IMG/VR virus record: IMGVR_UViG_2630968627_000001
Coordinates: 36,501 to 100,500 of that record
Strand: one strand, 5' to 3'
DNA: 64,000 nt
Source of the DNA: a virus
Lineage: Duplodnaviria; Caudoviricetes
The translations under genes and the position numbers were made by a program. The notes under the pieces are model-generated. The model made no database searches. It was not told where the DNA came from and saw only the letters and a program-made list of their open reading frames with translations. Positions 18,622 to 29,076 of this stretch are shown here, one piece after another (positions within the stretch are counted from its first letter, which is position 1; every line of letters starts with the position of its first letter).

Positions 18622-21075
18622 TCACACTCCGTCAATGTCGTAGACTATACCGCCATCGGCATCTCTGGCTACCCAGGTCTGTCGCGTAGAGGCGTTGAAG
18701 AAGTGGACTCCATCGGTGGGGCGACGGAATACCCATACCCCTCCTTTCATGGTGGCGAGCATACCGTCTTGGCCTTCCCATTCCCCGGTAGCTCCCTCTC
18801 CAACCAGGTAGTTACGGTAGAAGTTCTCTACCTTGAGGACGGGTGCCCCCACCATCTCCAGGTCAAGTTCGCCGGTAACCAGGTTGCGCAGGAACCCGCC
18901 AGACTCGTAGACGGAGTCCATGACCCATTTAGCGGCCAGCCCGTTGATGCTATCAGGATCCAGTACCCCGTCGGCAATATCCTTGTGCTCCTGGGCCGTC
19001 AGGATCCGGTTGTACACGCGCAGGTCAAAGACCTTCCCGTTCCAGTACCGCTTCTTGGGGGTGTGGCCGCTGACCCCGATATAGAAGGGGCCTTTGAACT
19101 CCTGCCAAAGGGTGCTGGTGGTCAGAGCTGTACCTGTCTGGCCCTGTACCCCATCCAAGTAGGACAGAGGGTACTTGGAATTGCCGATGCTTACCGGGGA
19201 GGAACAACCGACGGTGTACTTGCGACCCAGGACGAGATCCGACATCGTGTAGTTGTTTGTGCCGCCCCCGGACGAGACGCCGCCAGAATGGGATACATAG
19301 TTGACCAACCGCTTGGCCCCGGCAGTCTCTCCTGCCCCGACTCGGAACTGGTAATGACCTCCCTCGGAGCTAAACAGCATAGGCTTCTTCTCGGTGTCCC
19401 CGACGCTGTCGAAGCTATCCAGGGCTACCGTGGCCACGATAGAAACAGACGCGGACGTCTCCGGTACGCCAGGGATAGACTCCACCTTCATGTACTGGGT
19501 GGCCCCATCCAGCAGGGCGTACCGCTGGGCGGAGGTGGACGAAGGTGGCTCAGTGAGCTGCCCCCCGATGACGTAGAAGTCTCGGTCCAGCTCTTCCGTG
19601 TACACCGAGTCCAGATCTTTCCAGGCCCCGCCCTGGAGCACGTAAGGTCGGTTGTTGCGAGGAGCATCCACAGGAGACCCAAGCACTAGCTCTACCGTCC
19701 CGGAGTCAGAGGCGGTGGGGGCTTCGGCGTGTACGAAGCGACGGTCGGTGGCGCTGATAAAGCTGGCCCCAGGAGACAAGGGGGTGAAGCTCCACCCCCC
19801 GTCCTTACTCTCGGCCAAAGTCTTGGCGTGGCCAGACCAATCCCCAGTAGGGGCCGGACCTACCAGCCACGCCTCGTAGGGAGTGGTTTCACGGAGGGAA
19901 GGGGAACCGACGATAGTGGCGTCGTTGACCCCTACGATCTTGCTCTTGATGGTGTTGCCTATCGCGTCTTGTGCGGAATACCATGCGCGACAACCAGGCT
20001 GGGAGTCCGGTGCGATCTCGCCTCGCAAGATACGCTCCTGTACGTCCCGTGCCAGGCGGCGGTCGTAGATGACGACGTCAAGGAACAGCAGGTAACCGCC
20101 TTTCTGGTTACTGAAGCCGGTATCCGCTGTGGGTACGCCGGAGACCAGACGAGACCCGATGGCCAGGCCCCCGGCAAAGGCAGGACGGCCAGCTTCCGGG
20201 GTGTTCCATTTCTTGCTCTGTACCGCCGTCTCCCGTACGTACCCATCAGTCTGCTGGCGGTACGAAAACAGGGTGAAGGACTTGTTGCCATCGGTGTGGC
20301 TGTTGGACTGGCAAGAGAAGCCCATCCAGTCTCGACCCTCTCGGTCAACCAAGATCCCCCAGTTACTGTCCTTCTTGGTCGAATCGGGCACGCCCTCGGA
20401 AGTGAACTTGGAGATACCCGACCCGAAGGCTACAGGAGCGCCAAGCTCACGGTAGGTGTTCCATGTGGTCTGGCCCTCCCCCATCGACATGACCGGGTAG
20501 TAGGTGCCGAAGCCGGTATCCTCCGGTGCGCTTCCGGGGGTGATGTCTCGGGAGCGGAGCAAGATGGTCCAGTCCCCGGTGCCGAACAGCGCAAGCTCAG
20601 GGATAAGAATGTGCTTGCTCTGGTCGTCAAGGACAATGCCAGTAGAGGGCGTGGTGCTCTGCGGGGTGTTGGTGATACCCCCTACGACCTTGAGATCGGA
20701 AGAGGAGTACCCGCCGTCCCCGCCTGGCTCGGCTTCCCACGCATCCCCGTTGAACCACCAGAAAGGGTTGCTGGACCAGCGGGCCGCGATACGAAGGCCA
20801 CGCTTGGGAGGAACGAAGATCCACGCCCCTTCTACCCAGGCGGCCAGATGGTTAACCTTATCGGCCCAGGCGTTCTTGGCTCCGGCCCCAACAAGGAACA
20901 TGTCCCCTTGTGTGGGGGTGTACCCTACCGGGGGCTCGTCGTGCGTGTCTATGACGTCGGGGGCGGCTACCGAGTCCAACCGGAGGAGGTTGGCATTCAT
21001 ATCCTCGTTCCAGTTCAGTTCGCCCGCATCCCATCCATACGCCAGGCCGATACCTGGACCAATCTTCTTAGCCAT
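18622..21075 (-). CDS. Tail protein with DUF2793-like repeats and two LamG/ConA-like domains
   Basis: GWDAGELNWNEDMNANLLRLD; three LVG..(A/P).(G/N).W..GW.F..P units; DVVIYDRRL and DLRVYNRIL. Confidence 0.75.
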   Translation of the reverse strand: MAKKIGPGIGLAYGWDAGELNWNEDMNANLLRLDSVAAPDVIDTHDEPPVGYTPTQGDMFLVGAGAKNAWADKVNHLAAWVEGAWIFVPPKRGLRIAARWSSNPFWWFNGDAWEAEPGGDGGYSSSDLKVVGGITNTPQSTTPSTGIVLDDQSKHILIPELALFGTGDWTILLRSRDITPGSAPEDTGFGTYYPVMSMGEGQTTWNTYRELGAPVAFGSGISKFTSEGVPDSTKKDSNWGILVDREGRDWMGFSCQSNSHTDGNKSFTLFSYRQQTDGYVRETAVQSKKWNTPEAGRPAFAGGLAIGSRLVSGVPTADTGFSNQKGGYLLFLDVVIYDRRLARDVQERILRGEIAPDSQPGCRAWYSAQDAIGNTIKSKIVGVNDATIVGSPSLRETTPYEAWLVGPAPTGDWSGHAKTLAESKDGGWSFTPLSPGASFISATDRRFVHAEAPTASDSGTVELVLGSPVDAPRNNRPYVLQGGAWKDLDSVYTEELDRDFYVIGGQLTEPPSSTSAQRYALLDGATQYMKVESIPGVPETSASVSIVATVALDSFDSVGDTEKKPMLFSSEGGHYQFRVGAGETAGAKRLVNYVSHSGGVSSGGGTNNYTMSDLVLGRKYTVGCSSPVSIGNSKYPLSYLDGVQGQTGTALTTSTLWQEFKGPFYIGVSGHTPKKRYWNGKVFDLRVYNRILTAQEHKDIADGVLDPDSINGLAAKWVMDSVYESGGFLRNLVTGELDLEMVGAPVLKVENFYRNYLVGEGATGEWEGQDGMLATMKGGVWVFRRPTDGVHFFNASTRQTWVARDADGGIVYDIDGV

Positions 21076-21077
21076 GT

Positions 21078-24000
21078 TTACTCTCCATAAGGGCCGCCCC
21101 AGTTGCTGCCCCAGCCAGTAGCAGGCGGGGTCAGGTCTGGGAGACCGAAACCAATATCTGTGTTGACCGTACCGGGAGGCAGGATCTGCCTAACCGAACC
21201 GAATAACTCCATAGTGCGCACCAGGTTGTTTGCCGGCGACGTAGTCATGACAGACTTTACTGCTTGCGCCGACACACTACCATCGGCAAAGGCTGCTGTC
21301 ACGACGTAGAAACCGCTGCCTGCCAGACCCCCAGGCGCAGGGGTTGCTCGCACCGAGATCTGCATAGCGGATACCCACTTGACCTCTTTGCCGAAGTCGA
21401 TGGTAACGCCAGTAGGTGGTACGTCCTGTTTGGTGTATCCGGGAAACCCGGCTTGCTGCCATTTGAACGATTTACCATTGGTGTTACGCAGAACTACTTT
21501 GGTTGGGTCAGACTTCAGGATCCCGCCGATGGCGTCCGTCAGGTTATCTTCGGTGCGCAGACCCCCGCCCGTATCGCCTACCCCGCCTACGTCAAAGAAG
21601 CGTGAGATCGGCAGACGATCCTGGAACCAGAAGGTGTTGCGCATGGACAGGTCTGCCTTGTATCCAGCGAACATCTCTCGGACAGTCCCGGTGGTATCCT
21701 GCACGTACGCGATTGGCGTGTTGTACGAAACAGGTGTGTCGTGTCCATAGCTGGCAATCAACATGAGATTGTCGCGCAGGTACGAGGTCTGGCGAATGTA
21801 CTGTGCAATCGATTGCAAAGTATTGTCAGGCTCCGAACGCAGCTCATGCAGGAGTGGCAGCATGTACGTGTTACCGGGGGGGATCGGCGGGTTGTCCGAG
21901 GCGAGGCTGTAGCGGAAGCCGTGGACGTAGCGGGCAACGAATCGTCCTTCATCGCCTTGCACGACTGCGGCAACAGACAGCGCCCCATTGCGCAGGACTT
22001 CGCCAATCGTACGGGTGCCGGAGTCAGGAGTCGAACCGCCTACCTCTTTGTCGAAGATGGCATCGCCTACGCGACCGCTCATGGTCTCGTCTAGGCCCTG
22101 TATGGACAGGACTTGCTTGCCCGCGATGCTGTCCGGGATCTGTACCGTACCGGCTACCTTCTCGACCGCCCCGACGGTGCCGTCCATCTTCCAGTACAAA
22201 GCGCCTACCGCGCCCCTTGTCGGGCCGTTGACGATCTTGGAAGGGAAGTCCCCGGAGCGCATGCTGTCGTAGTAGGCGGAGGTGATAGAGCCGTCGTACA
22301 ACGTGAACACGTCGCCTACAGACATGCCTTCAAACGGGGAGTTGGCCACCCAGATGTTAGACGTGAACCCGACAACCCCCTCGCGCATGACGTCAGGCAG
22401 TGGTGCCTGGGAGCCAAGCCGATTGGAGTTGGTCGAAGTCGGCAGATAGCTGAAGCGTACCGTCTGGGACTGATTCATCATGAAGTCCACGATGTCGCAG
22501 TAAGTCAGTGCGCCTTGCTTGTCGATGTAGCCGAACCAGGGGCCTTCCCCGCGAATGCAGCTACGCAAGGTGGGGTGGACAGGGGTCTGGTAGCCAGCGC
22601 CGCCCAGAGGAGCGTATCCGCTGTAGTCCGGCTTACGATCCACAGGGATGTAGGACGGGGTTTTGATCGGGGTACGGATGCGTCGTGGCAAGGGGTTCGG
22701 TGGACGACCTGCGACGGGGGTGTGAACGAATACACCGTCCTTACGGATGACCCCGTCGCCTACCAAGAACGCCGCGTTGTCGGTGACGATGTACTTACCT
22801 TCCGATCCCAACATCTCTACCGTGTCGTCGCCCAGGATGACCATCTCAAAGGCTTCCAGGAAGTTGTTCGACAGTGGGTAGCTGGTGCAATACTCGCGCA
22901 CCCCGGAACGTACTTTACTCAAGCCGGATGCCGTGATGGCGTATAGATCCCCGCCCTCTACTGTGACGATAATTGCAGGCCCAGGCTCGGGCAGCAGACG
23001 GCTATTGTGGAAGAAGGCAACGGACAGGGCTTGCGGCACGTTGGTGACTGCTGGCCAGAGGTTGTTCGTGGCGTAGTCACCCCAGATATGGACGTCGCCA
23101 TTGGCGGTCAACGCAGCGAACAGTGCCATGACTTCGTTAGGTAGGTCTCGCCGCCCCGCGCCAGCCAGAGAGATGACCTGGGAGCCGGGGGATGTGATAC
23201 CCGAGGGCAGCGGGGAGATCCCATCGTAGAATACGCCCGTGGAGTTGATTACTCCGGCAGACCCGTCGTTCTTGATCGTCAGGTACTGGACGTCGGCTGC
23301 GTTGTTGTCATCCCACTTGTGCTGGGCGATGACCGCGTACTGCACCCCAGTGGCCAGTCGCGCCGGGATCCCGCCGTTACGGGAGTGCCATAGCTCGCCA
23401 TCGGCGTTAACCATGGACGTGACCGAGTTGGACAAATCGTAGCCCGTTGCCATGTACAAGACCCGGTCTACCCGCGATACGCAGCGAGCGCCCTTCAAGG
23501 CCATAGCTTCGTTCATGTTCTCGCCGCGCATACGATTGGTCGCGCCATGGATGAAGGTCAGGCCATTGGACAGTACGCCGTGGTTGGGCACAGGAATGGA
23601 GTAGCCGATGTGGACGTCGGTAGGGATGTAATCGCGGATCTTGCCCAGGATCTCCAGGACCGCCCCGGTCACCCACGGGGGAGGCACGTCGGGGTTGATG
23701 TTGATCGTCAGGCCCGGATCCCAGGGGAACTCTTGGCCATCTGCGGTACGCACTACCAGGTCGTATACCTCGCGGGTCGGGGAGATGGTAGCGATGTCCT
23801 TGTTGAAGATGATCGTCGCTTTATTGGAATCAGGGATGGCCTCTACCCACGTCTGCGACTCTTCGTCCCACATATTGACGTTCAGCATGGTTTCCTGGAG
23901 AGCTTTCTCCAGGTCTGGGTCAACGACTTCGGGGTGTAGGTAATCCAGTGTCTTGACGCCCACCTGGCTGAACATGGAGGACATACCATAGCCGGAGAAG

Positions 24001-24176
24001 GCCAGGATAATGTTGGGATCCCAAGTGCCCTCCAACTGCGGCACGTAGTCGAAGAAAGAATCGGCAATAGTGTAGCGAACCAGGACAATCCTATCCTCTG
24101 GTTCTGGGGCCTCCCCCCGGCCCATACGGGGAAGAGGCCCAGGCGTGGCCATACGGCCTGGGAGAAACGAAAACAT
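21078..24176 (-). CDS. Large tail/virion protein
   Basis: 1032 aa, beta-rich, in the tail cluster; ends TGWGSNWGGPYGE. Confidence 0.7.
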   Translation of the reverse strand: MFSFLPGRMATPGPLPRMGRGEAPEPEDRIVLVRYTIADSFFDYVPQLEGTWDPNIILAFSGYGMSSMFSQVGVKTLDYLHPEVVDPDLEKALQETMLNVNMWDEESQTWVEAIPDSNKATIIFNKDIATISPTREVYDLVVRTADGQEFPWDPGLTININPDVPPPWVTGAVLEILGKIRDYIPTDVHIGYSIPVPNHGVLSNGLTFIHGATNRMRGENMNEAMALKGARCVSRVDRVLYMATGYDLSNSVTSMVNADGELWHSRNGGIPARLATGVQYAVIAQHKWDDNNAADVQYLTIKNDGSAGVINSTGVFYDGISPLPSGITSPGSQVISLAGAGRRDLPNEVMALFAALTANGDVHIWGDYATNNLWPAVTNVPQALSVAFFHNSRLLPEPGPAIIVTVEGGDLYAITASGLSKVRSGVREYCTSYPLSNNFLEAFEMVILGDDTVEMLGSEGKYIVTDNAAFLVGDGVIRKDGVFVHTPVAGRPPNPLPRRIRTPIKTPSYIPVDRKPDYSGYAPLGGAGYQTPVHPTLRSCIRGEGPWFGYIDKQGALTYCDIVDFMMNQSQTVRFSYLPTSTNSNRLGSQAPLPDVMREGVVGFTSNIWVANSPFEGMSVGDVFTLYDGSITSAYYDSMRSGDFPSKIVNGPTRGAVGALYWKMDGTVGAVEKVAGTVQIPDSIAGKQVLSIQGLDETMSGRVGDAIFDKEVGGSTPDSGTRTIGEVLRNGALSVAAVVQGDEGRFVARYVHGFRYSLASDNPPIPPGNTYMLPLLHELRSEPDNTLQSIAQYIRQTSYLRDNLMLIASYGHDTPVSYNTPIAYVQDTTGTVREMFAGYKADLSMRNTFWFQDRLPISRFFDVGGVGDTGGGLRTEDNLTDAIGGILKSDPTKVVLRNTNGKSFKWQQAGFPGYTKQDVPPTGVTIDFGKEVKWVSAMQISVRATPAPGGLAGSGFYVVTAAFADGSVSAQAVKSVMTTSPANNLVRTMELFGSVRQILPPGTVNTDIGFGLPDLTPPATGWGSNWGGPYGE
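21803..21818. repeat. GTGCAATCGATTGCAA palindromic site (exact, intragenic)
   Basis: Core 21804-21817. Confidence 0.9.
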
Positions 24177-24185
24177 GCCTACTCC

Positions 24186-25364
24186 TTACGCAGAGACCAG
24201 CCAGGCGGAGAACGTACCTACGTACTCCAGCACGACGTTGGATCCAGCAGCGATGGCAGCGCCAGGCGGGAAGGTGGTGACCTTGGTCCCCGCGTCCATG
24301 GTGACTGCCGTTACCGGGCAAGAGAAGCCAATACGCAGTTGCTGCCCGTCAACAGGATCCGCAGGCAGTACGATAGTAGCGGCAGGCGTAGCTACTGTGT
24401 TGTCCTCGGAGATCAGCATCAGACGCTGCACGCCGCCCGATACAGCGACCGGAGTGCCGGGGGTGATGTCCACGATCTGGCGGGTGGATTCGGGTAGTAC
24501 CATCTCGGTTTGGCCAACCAGATCCCAGGTGTTGTTGTCGCGCTTGTACAGCGAGACGGTGGCACCCTTGCCAGCCAGCACCAACGAGCCCATGAACGGT
24601 ACGCGGATGTTGACCCCGCTGGCAGCAACAAGCGAGACCATGTTGTCCGAGTTGTGGCGGATGGTTAGGGAGTCGCCTACCTGGAAGCTACCCGCTACGT
24701 GTGCCGGTACAGTGATCTCGATGTCGGCCGCCCCGTTGGCCACCAGGTACTTCAAGGTGTGCTGGGCGGAGTCCAAGGTAGTGCTGGCCGATACGGCTAC
24801 CGAAGCAGGTCTGGCCAGAGCAGTAGCGGTGTCCAATGCGGCGTTGGCGTTTGTGACGGCAGAGGCAGCGGCCTGGCTGGTTGTATCCATGTCCGATTCC
24901 AGGTCCTCCAGGCGGTTGTCTACGCTGGTCTTCCAGGCGGGGTCGAGACCGGAGCTGGGGACCATGGCGGATCCGCCAATCCATTGTGTACCGTCAAAGT
25001 ACAACGAGCGGTCCTGGCCAGCGGCAAGCGCCATGCAGGTTACACTCCATCCTCGTTTGGGGCGGAAGACAGCCCAGCGAGTGGCAGGTGTGGTGCCGCC
25101 CAGGAACATGGCGATGCAGTTTGCAGACGATTGCGCCCCGCCGTCCCAGGCAGTCGTGGAGTCACCCTTGACCAGGAACCGATTACCTACGACCAGATCG
25201 CCGCTGGGTACGTCGTCGGGGGTGCCGTAGGCCGTGCTCTTGACGTCGCAATGGATAAGCGTATCCAGCAACATCAGGTTGTTGTTCATCGGGTTACCCC
25301 ACTGGTTTTCCCCGTCGTTCCAGCCGGACGTGACGCCCAGGTTCTTTCCTTGAATTGCGGCCAT
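24186..25364 (-). CDS. Tail fibre/adaptor with DUF2793-like N-terminus
   Basis: GWNDGENQWGNPMNNNLMLLD..P..G..F.V..AW..W..F.PKRGW; short coiled coil; NTWDLVG. Confidence 0.7.
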   Translation of the reverse strand: MAAIQGKNLGVTSGWNDGENQWGNPMNNNLMLLDTLIHCDVKSTAYGTPDDVPSGDLVVGNRFLVKGDSTTAWDGGAQSSANCIAMFLGGTTPATRWAVFRPKRGWSVTCMALAAGQDRSLYFDGTQWIGGSAMVPSSGLDPAWKTSVDNRLEDLESDMDTTSQAAASAVTNANAALDTATALARPASVAVSASTTLDSAQHTLKYLVANGAADIEITVPAHVAGSFQVGDSLTIRHNSDNMVSLVAASGVNIRVPFMGSLVLAGKGATVSLYKRDNNTWDLVGQTEMVLPESTRQIVDITPGTPVAVSGGVQRLMLISEDNTVATPAATIVLPADPVDGQQLRIGFSCPVTAVTMDAGTKVTTFPPGAAIAAGSNVVLEYVGTFSAWLVSA

Positions 25365-25365
25365 C

Positions 25366-27765
25366 TTAGCCTCCGAAGTTATTACCGTAATCGAAGCCCC
25401 AGCCTGTATCAGCGCCAGTAGCTACATGTTCAAAAGTGTGCGAGTAGGTCATCAAACTGCGCACGCCATCCCGTTCCGAGTACAGCTCAAACCGGACGTT
25501 ACGGGGACTACCCTTGTCGGCGGAATCTGCCTCGGAGAAGGTGAACGTACGCTCGGTCTCAGACGTCATCTCCTTCAGCACTGTATTGTCGTCTGCGTTG
25601 TAGACTCGCGCAACGTAAACCGCGCCCTCTTCAGGAGTAATATGCGTCCCCTCCTGGCCGGTGATTGTGCTGTGTTGCGTGATCCGGTTGCGTCCGTTCC
25701 ATGTGAATACCGCATCCCCTACGACCAAGTCGTTGCGCCACAGAGGGACGTCGTTCAGGCGGACCCGTCCGGGGGCGTATGGCTTATCCTGCCGGCCTTC
25801 CATCACTACAGTCTTCGTAGGGACCAGGGCGGCGTTGACTTGGCCGGTCATGGAGCGGGGCAGTACCTTGCCTCGTACCGTATCCCCTTGAACGTAAGGG
25901 GTGCGCTGGGCGGCATACCCGGCTGTACCGGCAGTGGCCGAACGCATCATCCAGATGTCTTCCCCTTCGGTGTGCAGTACCGGGATGGTATCCAGGCACC
26001 CTCGGTTCACGAAGACTTCTACCGTGTTGGCCTGCTGATCGATGTTACCCAAGGCAGTGATCTGTACATACTCCCGCCCGATCAACAGGAGCTGACCAGC
26101 AGCGAGGCGGTTGGAGCGAGGCAGCAGGAACATCGTGGCAGCTCGGTCAGGCTGTGCGGCCTTCAGAGTGAAGTGCTCGGCCCAGTCGCCAATGACCTTA
26201 TCGACCAGCGCCGTCGTGCGACCGGAGACCAAGCGGTAGTTCATGTTGCGGCCGGTGGTCGGTTGGGCGGCCTTGCCCATCAGGTACGAGTCAGAAGGTG
26301 CAACGTCCGCCAGAGCGTCATGATCCATGCGGCGAGCCAGCTCTGCATACGGTACTTCCAGCAGATCCCAGAATTCAGCCGGGTGGGGTTCGTTGGGTGG
26401 TGGCCGATGTCCTTCGCTTGGCGGTGTGATGGTGCCGTGTTTGGGCAGACCAAAGACGTCCTGGACTACCTTCAGGCGGATAGCGCCGGACTCGGTGTCG
26501 CTGACTTCACCTACACGTACAGCGATGTCATGGATGTTCAACGAAGGCTCATGGATGCGGATGACAGACCCAGGCACGATCCAGTACCCGCGACGGTCTA
26601 CCGTGATGGTCAGGCGGCGCAGGTTCGGGGTGGCCTTGGAGTTGAGATCTCGTTTGGCCAGACGTGCCGCCAGGTCGCCAGTGGGGACGGCAGGGTAGCG
26701 CGAGGTGGTGCTGTAGATCGCCTTTTGCTGGTGGATCGAAGACAGGGACTGCTCTCGTACTTGGCGCTCTTCGTTGGTGATGGGGTCGGTGTAGATGACG
26801 ATCACTTCGTTGATAAGGGCGCTGCCCATAGCGTTGGAATTGTCCGTGATGGACAGCAGGCCATTGCCTCGGGAGAAGATCGGGATGTTGTCCAGATCGT
26901 AGTTGTCCCGGATCAGACGGAAGGTCAGCTTGCCGGTGTACGGGTCTGGGTAGAGCACCCCGCCTACGTGGTCTATGATCTGCTGGGCGAAGGCGTCCAG
27001 GTCACCGTCCCGCTTCCATACAATACAAAGACCGAAGCCTTCTTGAACAAAGACAGCCGCCGCATGCTGGAAGCTCTCGATGTCGATCAGGTGGGAGTTG
27101 GTGCGGTAGTCTGACAGTGGTCGGCTGCGGTCAGGGGAGCGCAAGCTGCGGCCCCACTCAGAGTTGGATACGCACTCGAACAGGATGCAGGCCGGGTTCA
27201 TGGCCTTGATGCGGCCGTTGCTCAAGTAGATGACCGGATCTACTCCGGGGAGCTGGTCCTGGATACTGTCAGGCCGGGTACGGCGCAGGCGGAAGGCCCA
27301 GGGCTTGGGGTAGGGGTTCATGGAGCAGACCAGGCCAGAGTAGTGAGCTACCGCCGCCCGCTTGTACCCAGGGACAGGACCGTTGGGGTCTGCCTCGGAG
27401 CTGGCGCTCAATACCTCTTCGCGGGTCAGCCCTACCGCAGGGGACGCCTGGGTGATGGCCTGGGTCAGGTCTGTCTGGGACCAGCCGGACGTGACGAACA
27501 AGCGGCCTTCAATACCACCCTCGCCCTCGTCTCCTCCGAACGCATCGCCTGCGTCAATCATGGCCGTGCCGCCTTGTGCGCCAACGACCAGGCCCGGAGA
27601 CATCGGCTCCAAGCTGGTTTCAGGGTCGTACTCTTCATCCTTGGGGAATACCTTGACGTCGCCAACGCGGATCTCGGCAATGCCGTCCACGTTGCGGGCC
27701 AGACCCATGATGATGTCGAAGTAGTATCGATACCCTAGTGTGATCTCGTCTTTACCCCCGGACAT
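25366..27765 (-). CDS. Tail tip / central tail protein
   Basis: GYRYYF, FGGDEGEGGIEG, MNPYPKPW, MNPACILFEC..N.EWGR, EGFGLC, NRGCLDTIP; start reset to ATG 27765. Confidence 0.85.
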   Translation of the reverse strand: MSGGKDEITLGYRYYFDIIMGLARNVDGIAEIRVGDVKVFPKDEEYDPETSLEPMSPGLVVGAQGGTAMIDAGDAFGGDEGEGGIEGRLFVTSGWSQTDLTQAITQASPAVGLTREEVLSASSEADPNGPVPGYKRAAVAHYSGLVCSMNPYPKPWAFRLRRTRPDSIQDQLPGVDPVIYLSNGRIKAMNPACILFECVSNSEWGRSLRSPDRSRPLSDYRTNSHLIDIESFQHAAAVFVQEGFGLCIVWKRDGDLDAFAQQIIDHVGGVLYPDPYTGKLTFRLIRDNYDLDNIPIFSRGNGLLSITDNSNAMGSALINEVIVIYTDPITNEERQVREQSLSSIHQQKAIYSTTSRYPAVPTGDLAARLAKRDLNSKATPNLRRLTITVDRRGYWIVPGSVIRIHEPSLNIHDIAVRVGEVSDTESGAIRLKVVQDVFGLPKHGTITPPSEGHRPPPNEPHPAEFWDLLEVPYAELARRMDHDALADVAPSDSYLMGKAAQPTTGRNMNYRLVSGRTTALVDKVIGDWAEHFTLKAAQPDRAATMFLLPRSNRLAAGQLLLIGREYVQITALGNIDQQANTVEVFVNRGCLDTIPVLHTEGEDIWMMRSATAGTAGYAAQRTPYVQGDTVRGKVLPRSMTGQVNAALVPTKTVVMEGRQDKPYAPGRVRLNDVPLWRNDLVVGDAVFTWNGRNRITQHSTITGQEGTHITPEEGAVYVARVYNADDNTVLKEMTSETERTFTFSEADSADKGSPRNVRFELYSERDGVRSLMTYSHTFEHVATGADTGWGFDYGNNFGG

Positions 27766-27976
27766 GTTCTTTCCTCGCAATGGCTACCAGGCGCTGGCAC
27801 ATGCTGTCGTCAATGTGCTCTACCTGTGTGACTGGGATGCCTTGGCGGCATAGTGTGTTGTAGCAGATCCCGTGCAGCTCGCACCAGGTACGAGCGCCTT
27901 TGCGGCAGTAGTTCTCGCCGCCGTCGTACTCGCTGGTGCGCAGGACCATGGCTATGGTGATAGTTGGGCCGCCCAT
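27752..27976 (-). CDS. Small tail assembly protein
   Basis: YCRKGARTWCELHGI...GIP motif, usual position between hub and tip. Confidence 0.7.
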   Translation of the reverse strand: MGGPTITIAMVLRTSEYDGGENYCRKGARTWCELHGICYNTLCRQGIPVTQVEHIDDSMCQRLVAIARKEHVRG

Positions 27977-28212
27977 TATTTCTTACCTGCATCATGGGTG
28001 ATCGGAACGTAGCGGTAGCTCGATACCGACAGCACCATCCAATCGGATACCCAGCAGTCCCCGAAGACAATGACCTTGGCCGTGCCGTCCTGGAACTGGG
28101 GGAATTTGAAGTCCTCGTAGGCCGCTGGTGGCGGTGGCTCCTGCTTCTTTTTCATCGCCGCAGAGATCAGGTACTGGGCGACAAGAACCAGGACATAGAA
28201 AAGCATTTGCAT
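27976..28212 (-). CDS. Small tail assembly protein
   Basis: Hydrophobic N-terminus, DFKFPQ..DG..VIVFGDCWV. Confidence 0.75.
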   Translation of the reverse strand: MQMLFYVLVLVAQYLISAAMKKKQEPPPPAAYEDFKFPQFQDGTAKVIVFGDCWVSDWMVLSVSSYRYVPITHDAGKK

Positions 28213-28221
28213 GTCTGTTCC

Positions 28222-29076
28222 TTAGAAAGTGGGGTTGCCGTCGAATGGACTCTTGCCGTCAATGAACACGCCGCCGAAGTTAGGGGCGTTGTCAAAGACC
28301 TCGTGACATGCTTTCAGGGTGCGAGGGCAACCAGCGTAGATGTCCCCTGCCGCGCCCTCGCTGATACCAGCGGTGCCCCCCAGCATCTCAATCGTATCCC
28401 CGTAGTGCATATCGATGCTACGTTGGTCTCGGATGACTTTGGTGCCGCCGCCTTGCTCCGGGATGGTGCGGTTCCATTCCAGTACGCCCCCGGTAAAGTA
28501 TCCGGAGACGCGGGAGGCAAAGGCAGGAGAGCGTACGCGGAGTCTGTCTGGGACGCCCAGAGATGGCACGCCCGTACCGAACAGGTTCTTGTTGGCGGAG
28601 CAGGTCAGAGGGTCGTACAGGACGTGAGGGCAAAGGCGAGCCCACGTCATGCGCAGACCGCCCTGGGCAATGACCAGCGACATGGGTTCAGCGTTCAGGA
28701 TCCGGTTGGCCTCGTCTACCACTTCCCAGCCGGTACACTCGCCCATCCAGATCGTGGCCCAGTTCAGCGGGTCGTCTTCGTTGTCGGGGTTGATGACGCG
28801 GTACTTGCGGATAGCCAGACGAACCGCCCGTGCAGGCGGGAACTCGTCCATCAGTTTGGCCAGGGCCAGATCCGCAGACAGCTTCAGCTCAACAGGCTGG
28901 GCGTCCGCCCCTCCCTTGTGCTGGAGATCCCCATGCTGGATGGCATGCTTGCGCGAGTACAGGTTGTACAGCGGCTCGTAGCCGCCAGCCCCGCTCTCGG
29001 TGCGCTGTAGCATGAATTCATACCAGAAGCTCTCCTGGTTGTCTTGCGTGGAGATCTCAATATCATGCGGCAACAT
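28222..29076 (-). CDS. Baseplate hub, BR0599/DUF2163-like (Fe-S Cys motif)
   Basis: CPHVLYD..C; YFTGG; AGCPRTLKAC..FDN..NFGG. Confidence 0.85.
   Translation of the reverse strand: MLPHDIEISTQDNQESFWYEFMLQRTESGAGGYEPLYNLYSRKHAIQHGDLQHKGGADAQPVELKLSADLALAKLMDEFPPARAVRLAIRKYRVINPDNEDDPLNWATIWMGECTGWEVVDEANRILNAEPMSLVIAQGGLRMTWARLCPHVLYDPLTCSANKNLFGTGVPSLGVPDRLRVRSPAFASRVSGYFTGGVLEWNRTIPEQGGGTKVIRDQRSIDMHYGDTIEMLGGTAGISEGAAGDIYAGCPRTLKACHEVFDNAPNFGGVFIDGKSPFDGNPTF

Noticed and set aside
15452-27765. Diversity-generating retroelement acting on fibres
   Set aside because: No reverse transcriptase and no TR/VR pair seen
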